This document shows positions 8,344 through 17,547 of a DNA stretch of 64,000 nucleotides, piece after piece. Both the position numbers and the translations under genes were made by a program. The stretch is from an uncultured Actinomycetes bacterium (GTDB lineage: Bacteria > Actinomycetota > Thermoleophilia > Gaiellales > Gaiellaceae): positions 29,042-93,041 of the forward strand of contig CAVTZA010000004.1 in NCBI GenBank assembly GCA_963739085.1. Direction: 5' to 3'. The notes under the pieces are model-generated. The model was not told where the DNA came from, did not search any database, and saw only the letters and a list, made by a program, of their open reading frames with translations. Position 1 is the stretch's first letter. Every line of letters starts with the position of its first letter.

Positions 8344-9863
8344 CAGTGGTGCCGCCACGAACGCCCGTCGCGGTGGAGCAAGGCATCGGCGGACGGCGGG
8401 CCCCAGGTTCCGGCCGGGTAGTTGGGGAAGGCCGGGCGGTCGCGCTGCCAGAGCGCCACGATCGCGTCCACGATCGCCCACTGCTCGTCCACCTCGTCCG
8501 CGCGGGTGAACAGGGTCGCGTCGCCGCGCATCGCGTCGAGCAGCAGGCGCTCGTACGCCTCCGGCAGCTCGACGTGGAAGGCGCCGCCGTAGACGAAGTC
8601 CATGTGCACGGTGCGGAGCTTCACTCCTAGCCCGGGCACCTTGGCGGCGATCGCCAGCGAGACGCCCTCGTCGGGCTGCACGTGGACGAGCAGGACGTTC
8701 GGCCGGAGCTCCTCGGCCGCCGCCTCCGCGAAGGGCGGGTGCGGAGCCCGCTTGAACTGGATCGCGATCGTCGTCTCCCGACGCGGGAGGCGCTTGCCGG
8801 TCCGGACGTAGAACGGCGTGTCCGCCCAGCGCCAGTTGTCGACGAAGAGCTTTGCGGCGACGTACGTCTCGGTCATCGAGCTCGGATCGACGCCGGGCTC
8901 CTCGCGGTAGCCGGGCACTTCGACGCCCTCGACGTAGCCGGGGCCGTACTGGCCGCGCACCACATGCTTGGGCCCGGGCGTGTGGATCGACTTCAGCACC
9001 TTGACCTTCTCGTTCCGCACCGACTCCGCGGTGAAGTCGCTCGGCGGCTCCATCGCCGTCAGCGCGACCAGCTGGAGCATGTGGTTCTGGAAGATGTCGC
9101 GGATCGCGCCCGACTTCTCGTAGTAGTCGGCGCGGCCCTCGAGCCCGATCGACTCCCCGACCGTGATCTGCACGTGGTCGATGAACTGCCGGTTCCAGAT
9201 CGGCTCGAAGATGCCGTTCGCGAACCGCAGCGCAGCCATGTTCTGGACGGTCTCCTTGCCCAGGTAGTGGTCGATCCGGAAGACCTCGTCCTCGGTGAAG
9301 TACTTCCAGATCAGCTCGTTGAGCTCGCTCGCCGACGCCCGGTCGTGCCCGAACGGCTTCTCCACGATCAGCCGCGTCCAGCCCTCGGTCGTCCGCCGCT
9401 TGCCAAGGTCCTCGACGATCGACGGCATCGCGGCGGGGGGAACCGCAAGGTAGTAGACCCGGTTGCCCTGGGTTCCGCGCTCCTCGTCGACCTTGTCGCG
9501 GTAGGCGACGAGCTCGCTCTCGGCCGCACCGTCCGTAAAGTCGAGCGACCGGTAGCTCGTGGCCTCGGCGAGCCGCTGCCAAACGTCCTCCCGGAACTCG
9601 TCGCGGCCGAACTCGCGGACGGCCGCCTCCATCTGCTGCCGGAACTCCTCGTCCGTCCATTCGGAACGTGCCGCTCCGAGGATCGCGCAGCGCTCGGGCA
9701 GCAGCCGCCGAAGGGCGAGCGCGTAGAGCGCGGGGAAGATCTTGCGCCGGGTGAGGTCGCCCGAGGCGCCGAAGATCACGATGACGCAGGGCTCGGGCGT
9801 CATCGCCATCGGCAGACCCTCGAGAAGCGGGTTCAGCTGCCGTTCCTGCGACTCGAGCGCCAT
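8343..9863 (-). CDS. zwf: glucose-6-phosphate 1-dehydrogenase
   Basis: VIFGASGDLTRRK dinucleotide motif and RIDHYLGKE active-site motif. The ATG at 9863 was chosen because it lies 4 nt after the gnd stop. The start is slightly uncertain. Confidence 0.9.
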   Translation of the reverse strand: MALESQERQLNPLLEGLPMAMTPEPCVIVIFGASGDLTRRKIFPALYALALRRLLPERCAILGAARSEWTDEEFRQQMEAAVREFGRDEFREDVWQRLAEATSYRSLDFTDGAAESELVAYRDKVDEERGTQGNRVYYLAVPPAAMPSIVEDLGKRRTTEGWTRLIVEKPFGHDRASASELNELIWKYFTEDEVFRIDHYLGKETVQNMAALRFANGIFEPIWNRQFIDHVQITVGESIGLEGRADYYEKSGAIRDIFQNHMLQLVALTAMEPPSDFTAESVRNEKVKVLKSIHTPGPKHVVRGQYGPGYVEGVEVPGYREEPGVDPSSMTETYVAAKLFVDNWRWADTPFYVRTGKRLPRRETTIAIQFKRAPHPPFAEAAAEELRPNVLLVHVQPDEGVSLAIAAKVPGLGVKLRTVHMDFVYGGAFHVELPEAYERLLLDAMRGDATLFTRADEVDEQWAIVDAIVALWQRDRPAFPNYPAGTWGPPSADALLHRDGRSWRHH

Positions 9864-9867
9864 CGGC

Positions 9868-10767
9868 TCAGCGCGGGTCGGGCCCGGCCTTCGCGCGCTC
9901 GACGGCGCGCACGGCATGACCGCCGAACTGGTTACGGAGCGCGGCCGCGACCTTGGCCGCGAACGAGTAGTCCTGCCGCGAGGAGAAGCGGGCGAAGAGC
10001 GAGGCGGCGATCACAGGCGCGGGCACGTTCTCGGCGATCGCGGCGTCGATCGTCCAGCGGCCCTCGCCGGAGTCCTCCACGTACGGGGCGATGTCCTCGA
10101 GTGCGTCGCCGTGCTCCTCCATCGCCTGGTGGAGCAGCTCGAGCAGCCACGAGCGCACGACCGACCCGTAGCGCCAGATCCCGGCGATCTCGGACAGGTC
10201 GAGGCTGAAAGCGGAGCGGTGCATGATCTCGAAGCCCTCGGCGTAGGCCTGCATGAGCCCGTACTCGATCCCGTTGTGGATCATCTTCACGAAGTGGCCG
10301 GAACCGGGCTCGCCGACGTGGGCCCAGCCGTTCTCCGGCGCCAACGCTTCGAAGACCGGCGTCAGGCGCGAGACCGGCTCGTCCTCGCCGCCGGCCATCA
10401 GGCAGAAGCCGACCTCGAGCCCCCAGATCCCTCCGGAGACGCCGACGTCGACGAAGTGGACGCCCCGCTCCTTGGCCTGGGCGTGCTTCGCCTGGGAGTC
10501 GTGCCAGTTGGAGTTGCCGCCGTCGACGATCACGTCGTCGGGATCGACGAGCGGTAGCAGCTGATCGAACGTGTCATGGGTTACCTCGCCGGACGGCACC
10601 ATCATCCAGAGCGCTCTCGGACGCTCGAGCTGGGAGACGAGCTCTTCGAGGGAGTCGGCGGTGGAGTCGACGCGCGGGTCGTAGGTCTGCACCGTGTGGC
10701 CGTGGCGCTCGAGGCGCTCGGTCATGCCCCCACCCATGCGGCCGAGGCCGATCATCGCGAACTTCAT
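9868..10767 (-). CDS. gnd: 6-phosphogluconate dehydrogenase (decarboxylating), short about 300-aa type
   Basis: MKFAMIGLGRMGGGM Rossmann N-terminus, preceded by GGAGGAGGTGGGGGG. ATGA overlap with the pgi stop. Confidence 0.85.
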   Translation of the reverse strand: MKFAMIGLGRMGGGMTERLERHGHTVQTYDPRVDSTADSLEELVSQLERPRALWMMVPSGEVTHDTFDQLLPLVDPDDVIVDGGNSNWHDSQAKHAQAKERGVHFVDVGVSGGIWGLEVGFCLMAGGEDEPVSRLTPVFEALAPENGWAHVGEPGSGHFVKMIHNGIEYGLMQAYAEGFEIMHRSAFSLDLSEIAGIWRYGSVVRSWLLELLHQAMEEHGDALEDIAPYVEDSGEGRWTIDAAIAENVPAPVIAASLFARFSSRQDYSFAAKVAAALRNQFGGHAVRAVERAKAGPDPR

Positions 10768-12114
10768 CCCCCCACCTCCTCCAGTCTTACCCGGACGATA
10801 CGCCTGCCACGCTCCTCGAGCGCCTGGTAATCGCCCGCGGCCTGCGCGGCGATCAGGCGGCGGAAGCCGAAGTCGCGGCCCGGGATCGCCAGCTCGTCGC
10901 CGAGGTCGTCGACCACCTGGACGAACACGCCCCGGTTCGGCCCGCCCTTGTGCAGCTGGCCCGTCGAATGCAGGTAGCGCGGCCCGAGGCCCGTCGTGAC
11001 CGCGCATCCGGTGGCGCGGGCGCGCGCGACGAGCGGCTCGAGCTCGGCCTCGCGCTCGGGGTCGACGAAGGCGAGGATGGCGATGTAGTCCTCGCCGGGC
11101 TTCGCGTTCGCGAGGACGTCCTCGAGCGAGCCCTCGGGCTCGATCGGCGCCTCGCCGGAACGCAGGACCTCGTTCGTCTTGTCCTTCGCCGCCTGGACGT
11201 TCGGCTGGTCGAACGGGTTGATCTCGAGGATGCTGCCCGCGACGGCGGTCGCGAACTCCCACCGGAAGAACTCCTGGCCGAGCTCGTAGGGATCCGGGAG
11301 ACGCGCCTCCTGCGGCTGCACGTCCGGCCCGTCAGCGTCGAGCAGGACCGGCACGAGCCCCTTGTCCTCCTTCCCTGTCGACTCCGCGATCAGCTGCTCG
11401 ACCCACAGGCCGAAGCCGCCGGTGTTAGGCGCCACGAGCACCTTGTCGCGTCCCTGCCGCCAGCCCTCGCCCATTGCAAGGCCGAGCTCGAGCCCCGGGT
11501 TGCCCTCGGCGAGCGTGCAGGCCTCGCGCATCTCCTCGGCGCGCTCCAGCAGGCGGAGGATGTCGATCCCCATCAGGGTCGCCGGCACGATCCCGAACAT
11601 CGACAGCGCCGAGTAGCGCCCGCCGATCGTCGGCTCGCCCGGGAAAGACGCCGAAGAAGCCGCGCTCCTCCGCGACCGTCTCGAGCTCCGAGCCCGGGTC
11701 CGTGACGGCGACGAACCGCTCGCCGTTTCCGCCGGTCCGCTCGAAGAAGTAGTCCGCGTGGGAGCGCGTCTCGAGCGTGGAGCCCGACTTCGACGAGACC
11801 ACGAACAGCGTCCGGTCGAGGTCGAGCTGCTCCTCGAGGCGGCGGATGGCAGTGGGATGCGTCGTGTCGAGGACGTGGAACGACTCGACGTCGAACAGCC
11901 GCCGCATCACCTCGGGCGCGAGGCTCGATCCGCCCATGCCGAGCAGGACCGCGGCGTCGTAGTCGGCCGACGCCGCGAGCGCGAGCAGCTCGTCGACCCG
12001 CTCGAGCATGCGGACCGGCTCGTCGAGCCAGCCCAGCCAGTTCGCCTCGTCGCCGCCCGTCCAGACGGACGGGTCGCGGGCCCAGATCCGCTCGACGAGC
12101 TCCTCGGGGCTCAC
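10764..12114 (-). pseudogene. pgi: glucose-6-phosphate isomerase, frame broken by a 1-nt insertion near 11637-11643 (or sequencing error)
   Basis: N-terminal part (...VVSSKSGSTLET...FVAVTDPGSELE...GFFGVFPG) and C-terminal part (EPTIGGRYSALSMFGIVPATLMGID...) are in adjacent frames. GTGA overlap with the tal stop. Confidence 0.85.
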
Positions 12115-13217
12115 GCGGCCACGAGCTGCGCCCGCTTGGCGCGGATGCCGTCGAGCAGCTCGCGGAACGAGTCGGAGAACTTCTGCACGCCCTCCCGCTC
12201 CAGCGTGTCGACCACGTCGTCGTAGTCGACGCCGACCTCCGCGAGCTCGTCGAGCAGCCTTTGAGCCGAGTCGACGTCCTGCTGGAGCGTGTCCGCGACG
12301 ACGCCGTGGTCCTGGAAGGCCTCGATCGTCTCCTTCGGCATCGTGTTGACCGTGTCGGGGCCGATCAGCTCCTCGACGTACATCACGTCGCGGTAGGCGG
12401 GGTTCTTCGTCGACGTCGACGCCCACAGGCAGCGCTGCGTGCTCGCGCCCGCGGAGGCGAGCCGCTCCCAGCGCTCGCCGGAGAAGATCCGCTCGTAGTT
12501 CTGGTAGGCGAGCTTGGCGTTGGCCACCGCGAGCTTGCCCCGTAGCGCGAGCGCTTGCTCGGTGCCGATCGCGTCCAGCCGCTTGTCGGCCTCGGTGTCC
12601 ACGCGCGAGACGAAGAAGCTCGCGACGGACGCGACCCCCGACGGGTCGCCGCCCGACTCGACGAGCCGCTCGAGGCCCCGGATGTAGGCCTCGGCGACGG
12701 CCTCGTGCCGCTCGAGCGAGAAGATCAGGGTCACGTTGATCGAGCGCCCGCGGGCAATGCACTCCTCGATCGCGCCGAGGCCCGGCTCGGTCGCCGGGAT
12801 CTTCACGAAGGTGTTCGGACGGTCGATCCACTCGTGCAGGCGCATCGCCTCGTCGATCGTCGCATCGCGCTCGTAGGCCAGGTTCGGGTCGACCTCCATC
12901 GACACGTAGCCGTCCTGCGTGGCGTCGAAGGTCGGCCGCAGAAGGTCGAGGGCGTCCTGGATGTCCTGGACCGCCAGGCGGTAGAAGACCTCCTTGTCGG
13001 AGAGCTCCTCCTGCAGCACCTCGCGGAGCTGCTCGTCGTACCAGTCTCCCTCGGCCAGGGCCTTCTGGAAGATGGTCGGATTCGACGTGACGCCGACGAC
13101 GGCGTCCTCTCTGATCATCCGCTCCAGCTCGCCGGTCTCGAGCCACTCGCGTGACACCGAGTCGACCCAGACGCTCTGTCCGTGCTCCGAAAGCTCGTGA
13201 AGTCTCGACTTAGGCAT
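12111..13217 (-). CDS. tal: transaldolase
   Basis: Motifs WVDSVSR, GVTSNPTIFQKA and FVKIPAT (Schiff-base Lys region). 368 aa. Confidence 0.9.
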   Translation of the reverse strand: MPKSRLHELSEHGQSVWVDSVSREWLETGELERMIREDAVVGVTSNPTIFQKALAEGDWYDEQLREVLQEELSDKEVFYRLAVQDIQDALDLLRPTFDATQDGYVSMEVDPNLAYERDATIDEAMRLHEWIDRPNTFVKIPATEPGLGAIEECIARGRSINVTLIFSLERHEAVAEAYIRGLERLVESGGDPSGVASVASFFVSRVDTEADKRLDAIGTEQALALRGKLAVANAKLAYQNYERIFSGERWERLASAGASTQRCLWASTSTKNPAYRDVMYVEELIGPDTVNTMPKETIEAFQDHGVVADTLQQDVDSAQRLLDELAEVGVDYDDVVDTLEREGVQKFSDSFRELLDGIRAKRAQLVAA

Positions 13218-13668
13218 CGATTCTCTCCTTCTCCATCGCTTCGATCTTCTCCAGACGCCTCACGTAGCGCTCGCCGCCGTCGAAGCGCGCGCCGAGGAAG
13301 GCGCGCACGAGCTCGCCCGCGAGCTCTGCGCCGACGACCTCCGAGCCGAGGCACAGGACGTTCATGTTGTCGTGCTCTACCCCCTGGTGCGCTGAATATG
13401 TGTCGTGACACACAGCGGCTCTTACCCCGGGGAGTTTGCTGGCGGCGACCGAGGCGCCAACGCCCGAGCCGCAGACGAGCACTCCGCGCTCCGCACCGCC
13501 TCCGATCACGGCTTCGCCCAGTCTCCTGGCGACGTCGGGGTAGTCGACCCGCGGCATGGGTGCGTCGACCCCGAGATCGAGCGCCTCGTGCCGCAGCGCT
13601 TCGAGCTCCGCGAAGATCGTCTCGCGGAGCTTCACGCCGCGATGGTCGAACGCAACGGCAACCCTCAT
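13210..13668 (-). CDS. rpiB: ribose-5-phosphate isomerase B
   Basis: MRVAVAFDHRG... and VLVCGSGVGASVAASK, the RpiB/LacAB fold. The ATG at 13668 is preferred over the TTG at 13674. Overlaps the tal start by 8 nt. Confidence 0.85.
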   Translation of the reverse strand: MRVAVAFDHRGVKLRETIFAELEALRHEALDLGVDAPMPRVDYPDVARRLGEAVIGGGAERGVLVCGSGVGASVAASKLPGVRAAVCHDTYSAHQGVEHDNMNVLCLGSEVVGAELAGELVRAFLGARFDGGERYVRRLEKIEAMEKERIDA

Positions 13669-13691
13669 GACCAAATCGTTACGTTACAGCT

Positions 13692-15539
13692 GTGAGTGAC
13701 GTCGAGCTCTGGCGCGAACTCGGTCAACAGCTGCGGGTCGACTCGATCCGGCCGGCCGCCGCCGCGAAGTCCGGGCACCCCACCTCGGGCATGTCCGCCG
13801 CCGACCTGATGGCGGTGCTCGTCGCGAAGTACTTCCGATACGACTTCGACAACCCGGATGACCCTCGGAACGACCGGCTGGTCTTCTCCAAGGGACACGC
13901 CTCGACGCTCCTCTACGCGATCTTCCGGGCCGTCGGCGCCATCGACGACGAGCAGCTCCTCACCTACCGCCAGCACGGCAGCATCCTGGAGGGGCACCCC
14001 ACGCCGCGCATTCCCTGGGTCGACGTCGCGACCGGCTCGCTCGGCCAGGGCTTGCCGCTCGGAGTCGGCATGGCTCTCGGCGCCAAGCACCTGGAGCACG
14101 CGCCCACGCGCGTCTGGGTCCTCCACGGCGACAGCGAGATGGCCGAGGGATCGGTCTGGGAGGCCTACGAGCACGCGGCCCACTACGAGCTGGACAACCT
14201 CACCGCAGTGCTCGACGTCAACCGGCTGGGGCAGCGCGGCGAGACGATGATCGGTTGGAACACCGACGTCTACGTCAAGCGCGCCGAGGCGTTCGGCTGG
14301 CACGCGATCGAGATCGACGGACACGACGTGGAGGCGATCGACCGCGCCTACGCCGAGGCGGTCGCGACGACCGGGAAGCCGACCGTCGTCGTCGCGCGCA
14401 CCGTCAAAGGCAAGGGCGTCGCGGCCGTCGAGAACAAGAACGGGTTCCACGGCAAGGCGCTCGACGACCCCGAGGCGGCGATCGCCGAGCTCGGGGGCAT
14501 TCGCGACATCCGGGTCGACGTCCCCAAGCCCGAGGGAGACGTTCAGGAGCCGGCGGCCGGCGGCCCGCTCGAGCTGCCGACGTGGCAGGTCGGCGAGGAG
14601 GTCGCGACCCGGCTGGCCTACGGCGAGGCGCTCGCTGCGGTGGGCGCAGCGGACGGTCGCGTCGTCGCGCTCGACGGCGAGGTCTCCAACTCGACCTTCG
14701 CCGAGATCTTCACGAAGGCTCATCCGGAGCGGTACTTCGAGATGTACATCGCAGAGCAGCAGCTCGTCGCGGCCGCGATCGGCCTGCAGACGCGCAGCTG
14801 GAAGCCGTTCGGGTCGACGTTCGCGGCCTTCCTCTCGCGGGCCTACGACTTCATCCGCATGGGCGCGATCAGCCGCGCGAACATCCGCCTGAGCGGCTCG
14901 CACGCGGGCGTGTCGATCGGCGAGGACGGACCGTCGCAGATGGCCCTCGAGGACATCGCCTCGCTGCGTGCGATCAACGGGAGCACCGTCCTGCATCCGT
15001 GCGACGCGAACCAGACCGCTCAGCTCGTCGCGGCGATGGCCGACCGCGACGGGATCGTGTACCTGCGCACGCTGCGGCCCGCGACGCCGGTCCTGTACGG
15101 CGCGGACGAGGACTTCCCGATCGGCGGCAGCAAGGTGCCACGCTCGTCCGACGACGACGACGTCGCGATCGTCGGGGCCGGGATCACGGTGCACGAGGCG
15201 CTGAAGGCCGCGGACGCCCTCGCCGAGGAAGGCGTCAGCGCACGCGTGATCGACCTCTACTCGATCAAGCCGCTCGACTCGGCGACCCTGCGCGACGCGG
15301 CCGAGGCGACCGGCGGCCGCATCGTGACCGTCGAGGATCACTGGCCCGAGGGCGGGCTGGGCGAGGCGGTCGCGGCCTCGTTCGCCGACGCGGAGGAGCG
15401 GCCGCGCATCAAGGTGCTGGCGGTCAGCGGCATGCCTCACTCCGGCAAGCCGGCCGAGCTGCTCGCCGCCGCAGGAATCGACGCCGAGCACATCGCGCAG
15501 GCCGCCCGCGCGCTCGTCGGCGCCGCTGTCCGCGCGTAA
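13692..15539 (+). CDS. tkt: transketolase
   Basis: Motifs SGHPTSGMSAADL and GDSEMAEGSVWEA (ThDP motif). 615 aa. Divergent from rpiB with only 23 bp between the starts. Confidence 0.9.
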   Translation: MSDVELWRELGQQLRVDSIRPAAAAKSGHPTSGMSAADLMAVLVAKYFRYDFDNPDDPRNDRLVFSKGHASTLLYAIFRAVGAIDDEQLLTYRQHGSILEGHPTPRIPWVDVATGSLGQGLPLGVGMALGAKHLEHAPTRVWVLHGDSEMAEGSVWEAYEHAAHYELDNLTAVLDVNRLGQRGETMIGWNTDVYVKRAEAFGWHAIEIDGHDVEAIDRAYAEAVATTGKPTVVVARTVKGKGVAAVENKNGFHGKALDDPEAAIAELGGIRDIRVDVPKPEGDVQEPAAGGPLELPTWQVGEEVATRLAYGEALAAVGAADGRVVALDGEVSNSTFAEIFTKAHPERYFEMYIAEQQLVAAAIGLQTRSWKPFGSTFAAFLSRAYDFIRMGAISRANIRLSGSHAGVSIGEDGPSQMALEDIASLRAINGSTVLHPCDANQTAQLVAAMADRDGIVYLRTLRPATPVLYGADEDFPIGGSKVPRSSDDDDVAIVGAGITVHEALKAADALAEEGVSARVIDLYSIKPLDSATLRDAAEATGGRIVTVEDHWPEGGLGEAVAASFADAEERPRIKVLAVSGMPHSGKPAELLAAAGIDAEHIAQAARALVGAAVRA

Positions 15540-15551
15540 GCGGCCGAAACC

Positions 15552-15625
15552 CGCTGGGGAACTCTTCCGGTTTCCCCAGACCCCGTCCACTGGTCCCCTT
15601 CGCGGACAGGCGCTACGCGCCTGTC
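15552..15625. repeat. structured repeat family B, copy B1 (possible tkt terminator)
   Basis: cgctggggaactcttccggtttccccagaccccgtccactggtccccttcgcggacaggcg matches the reverse complement of 25536..25596. Contains hairpin CTGGGGAA/TTCCCCAG and a second hairpin GACAGGCGC-tac-GCGCCTGTC. Confidence 0.8.
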
Positions 15626-15637
15626 TACGCTAGGACG

Positions 15638-17539
15638 ATGGCCGTCCTCATCGCCTCCAACCTGCGCAAGGAGATCGCCGGCAACCTGCTCTTCGACGGC
15701 GTCTCGTTCAAGCTCGAGCGCCGCGACCGGCTCTCGCTCTCGGGCCCGAACGGCGCCGGCAAGACGACGCTCCTGCGCATGCTCGCCGGCGAGACCGAGA
15801 TCCACGGCGGCGACCTGGCCTTCGCCAAGGGGACGCGCGTTGCGCTGCACGACCAACGGCCGCCGCTCGAGCGGTCGCAGTCCCTGCGCGAGTACGTGCT
15901 CTCGGGCGCGGCCGACCTGGTGGCGCTCGAGCGCGAGCTGCAGCGGCTCGAGCAGGCGATGGCGGCCGGCGACCACGAGACCGCGACGATGCGGAGGTAC
16001 GCGGACGCCCAGGCACGGCTCGAGCACGCCGGCGGCTATGCCTGGCGCGAGCGCACGGCCGGCGTGGTGCGCGGGCTCGGCTTCGCGGAGGCCGACCTCG
16101 ACCGGCCGCTGACGACGTTCTCCGGCGGCGAGCTGACGCGCGCATCGCTCGCGCGGGCGCTCGCCGGCGACCCCGACCTCGTCCTGCTGGACGAGCCGAC
16201 CAACCACCTCGACGTGGCGAGCCTCGAGTGGCTCGAGCGCGAGCTCTCCTCGATGGACGCGGCGATCGTGCTCGTCGCGCACGACCGCTGGTTTCTCGAG
16301 GCGACGACCACCGCCGTGCTCGAGCTGAGCGTCGGCCGCTCGACGTACTTCCCGGGGCCCTGGCACGTCTGGCGCCTCGAGAAGGCCGCACGCGCGCTGG
16401 ACGCCCAGAAGTCGGCGCAGCGGATCGGCGTCGACATCGTGCGGCTCGAGCGCTTCGTCGAGCGGTTCCGCTACAAGAAGACGAAGGCGAAGCAGGCCCA
16501 GGCGAAGCTGACCCAGATCGGGCGGCTCGAGCAGGAGCGCTCGAAGGCCGCCGACGAGGTCGCGCTGCTGTCGCGCAGCCAGCGCTCGCTCGGCTTCGAG
16601 TTCCTCAAGCCCGCGCGCAGCGGGCGAACCGTCGTCGAGGCCTCGGGGCTTGCCGTCTCGGCCGGCGACAAGGCGCTCCTCGTCGACGCGTCCTTCGCGT
16701 TGGAGCGCGGCGAGCACGTGGGACTCGTCGGGCCGAACGGCTCGGGGAAGACCACGCTGCTCGAGACACTCGTGGGCGGGCACGAGGCGAGCTCCGGCAA
16801 GACGAGGATCGGCCACGGGGTCGAGCCCGCGTACTTCTCGCAGCACGAGGTCGAGCTCGACGAGCGGCTGACCGTGCTGGAGACGGCCCAACGCGAGACC
16901 GGCCTCCCGCGCCCGCAGGCCCAGAACCTGCTCGGCCGCTTCCTCTTCTCCGGCTGGGAGGAGCACCAGAAGTCGGTCTCCGTGCTGTCGGGCGGGGAGC
17001 GGCGCCGGCTGGCGCTCGCGCTCGTCGTCGCCTCGGGAGCGAACTTCCTCATCCTCGACGAGCCGACGAACCATCTCGACCTCGAGAGCCGCGAGGCGCT
17101 GGAGGCGGCCCTGGAGGCGTTTCCGGGGACCGTGCTGCTCGTCTCCCACGATCGAGCGCTGCTCGACGCGATCGCCGAGCGAACGCTCGCCATCGAGAAC
17201 GGGACGGTGAAGGCCTACGACGGCGGGTGGGCCGAGTACGTGGCCCGACGGGACGAGGCCGCGCGGGCGCGGGCCGTCGCGCCCGTTGACCCGGTGCCAG
17301 GCACCGTCAAGAAAGAGTCACGGAAAACGCGCGAAAGGCCGAAGCCGGCCCGCCCGAGCGAGCTCGAGACGCTAGAGGCCGAGATCGCCGCCCAGGAGGC
17401 GTCGATCGCGCAGCTCGAGCAGCGGCTCGCGGAGGACTGGGCCGACGTCGACGCCGTCGCGGCGCACAAGCACGCGCGCGACCAGCTCGAGGCGCTGCTC
17501 GCCCGCTGGGAGCGGCTGTTCGAGGCGTCCCAGGCCTAG
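15638..17539 (+). CDS. ABC-F family ATPase (Uup/YheS-like, no TM domain)
   Basis: Two Walker A motifs (GPNGAGKTT, GPNGSGKTT), two signature motifs (FSGGE, LSGGE), and a charged coiled-coil C-terminus. Confidence 0.9.
   Translation: MAVLIASNLRKEIAGNLLFDGVSFKLERRDRLSLSGPNGAGKTTLLRMLAGETEIHGGDLAFAKGTRVALHDQRPPLERSQSLREYVLSGAADLVALERELQRLEQAMAAGDHETATMRRYADAQARLEHAGGYAWRERTAGVVRGLGFAEADLDRPLTTFSGGELTRASLARALAGDPDLVLLDEPTNHLDVASLEWLERELSSMDAAIVLVAHDRWFLEATTTAVLELSVGRSTYFPGPWHVWRLEKAARALDAQKSAQRIGVDIVRLERFVERFRYKKTKAKQAQAKLTQIGRLEQERSKAADEVALLSRSQRSLGFEFLKPARSGRTVVEASGLAVSAGDKALLVDASFALERGEHVGLVGPNGSGKTTLLETLVGGHEASSGKTRIGHGVEPAYFSQHEVELDERLTVLETAQRETGLPRPQAQNLLGRFLFSGWEEHQKSVSVLSGGERRRLALALVVASGANFLILDEPTNHLDLESREALEAALEAFPGTVLLVSHDRALLDAIAERTLAIENGTVKAYDGGWAEYVARRDEAARARAVAPVDPVPGTVKKESRKTRERPKPARPSELETLEAEIAAQEASIAQLEQRLAEDWADVDAVAAHKHARDQLEALLARWERLFEASQA
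17290..17325. repeat. short repeat family C, copy C1 (inside ABC-F coding region)
   Basis: cccggtgccaggcaccgtcaagaaagagtcacggaa matches 48322..48356 at 33 of 35 positions. Contains the palindrome GGTGCC-A-GGCACC. Confidence 0.8.
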
Positions 17540-17547
17540 TCCGCCTA

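Noticed and set aside
7459-9660. A 733-aa ORF covering opcA plus part of zwf.
   Set aside because: Only the C-terminal 294 aa (OpcA) look like real protein. The upstream part is an alternative-frame read-through of zwf.
13669-13691. GTTACGTTACAGCTGT in the rpiB/tkt spacer as another copy of the D palindrome.
   Set aside because: It shares only the short cores GTTAC and ACAG..CTGT. The overall alignment to the 21/22-mer is poor.
17290-17325. A sigma-54 promoter (GGCAC-type -24 element) in repeat family C.
   Set aside because: There is no TTGC -12 element at the correct spacing on either strand. One copy is inside a coding region and the other lies between convergent gene ends.
14255-17539. 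A 1094-aa ORF that would fuse tkt-overlapping sequence to the ABC-F ATPase.
   Set aside because: The first about 460 residues are Arg/Gly-rich and out of frame with tkt. The recognisable ABC-F protein begins at ATG 15638, after repeat B1.
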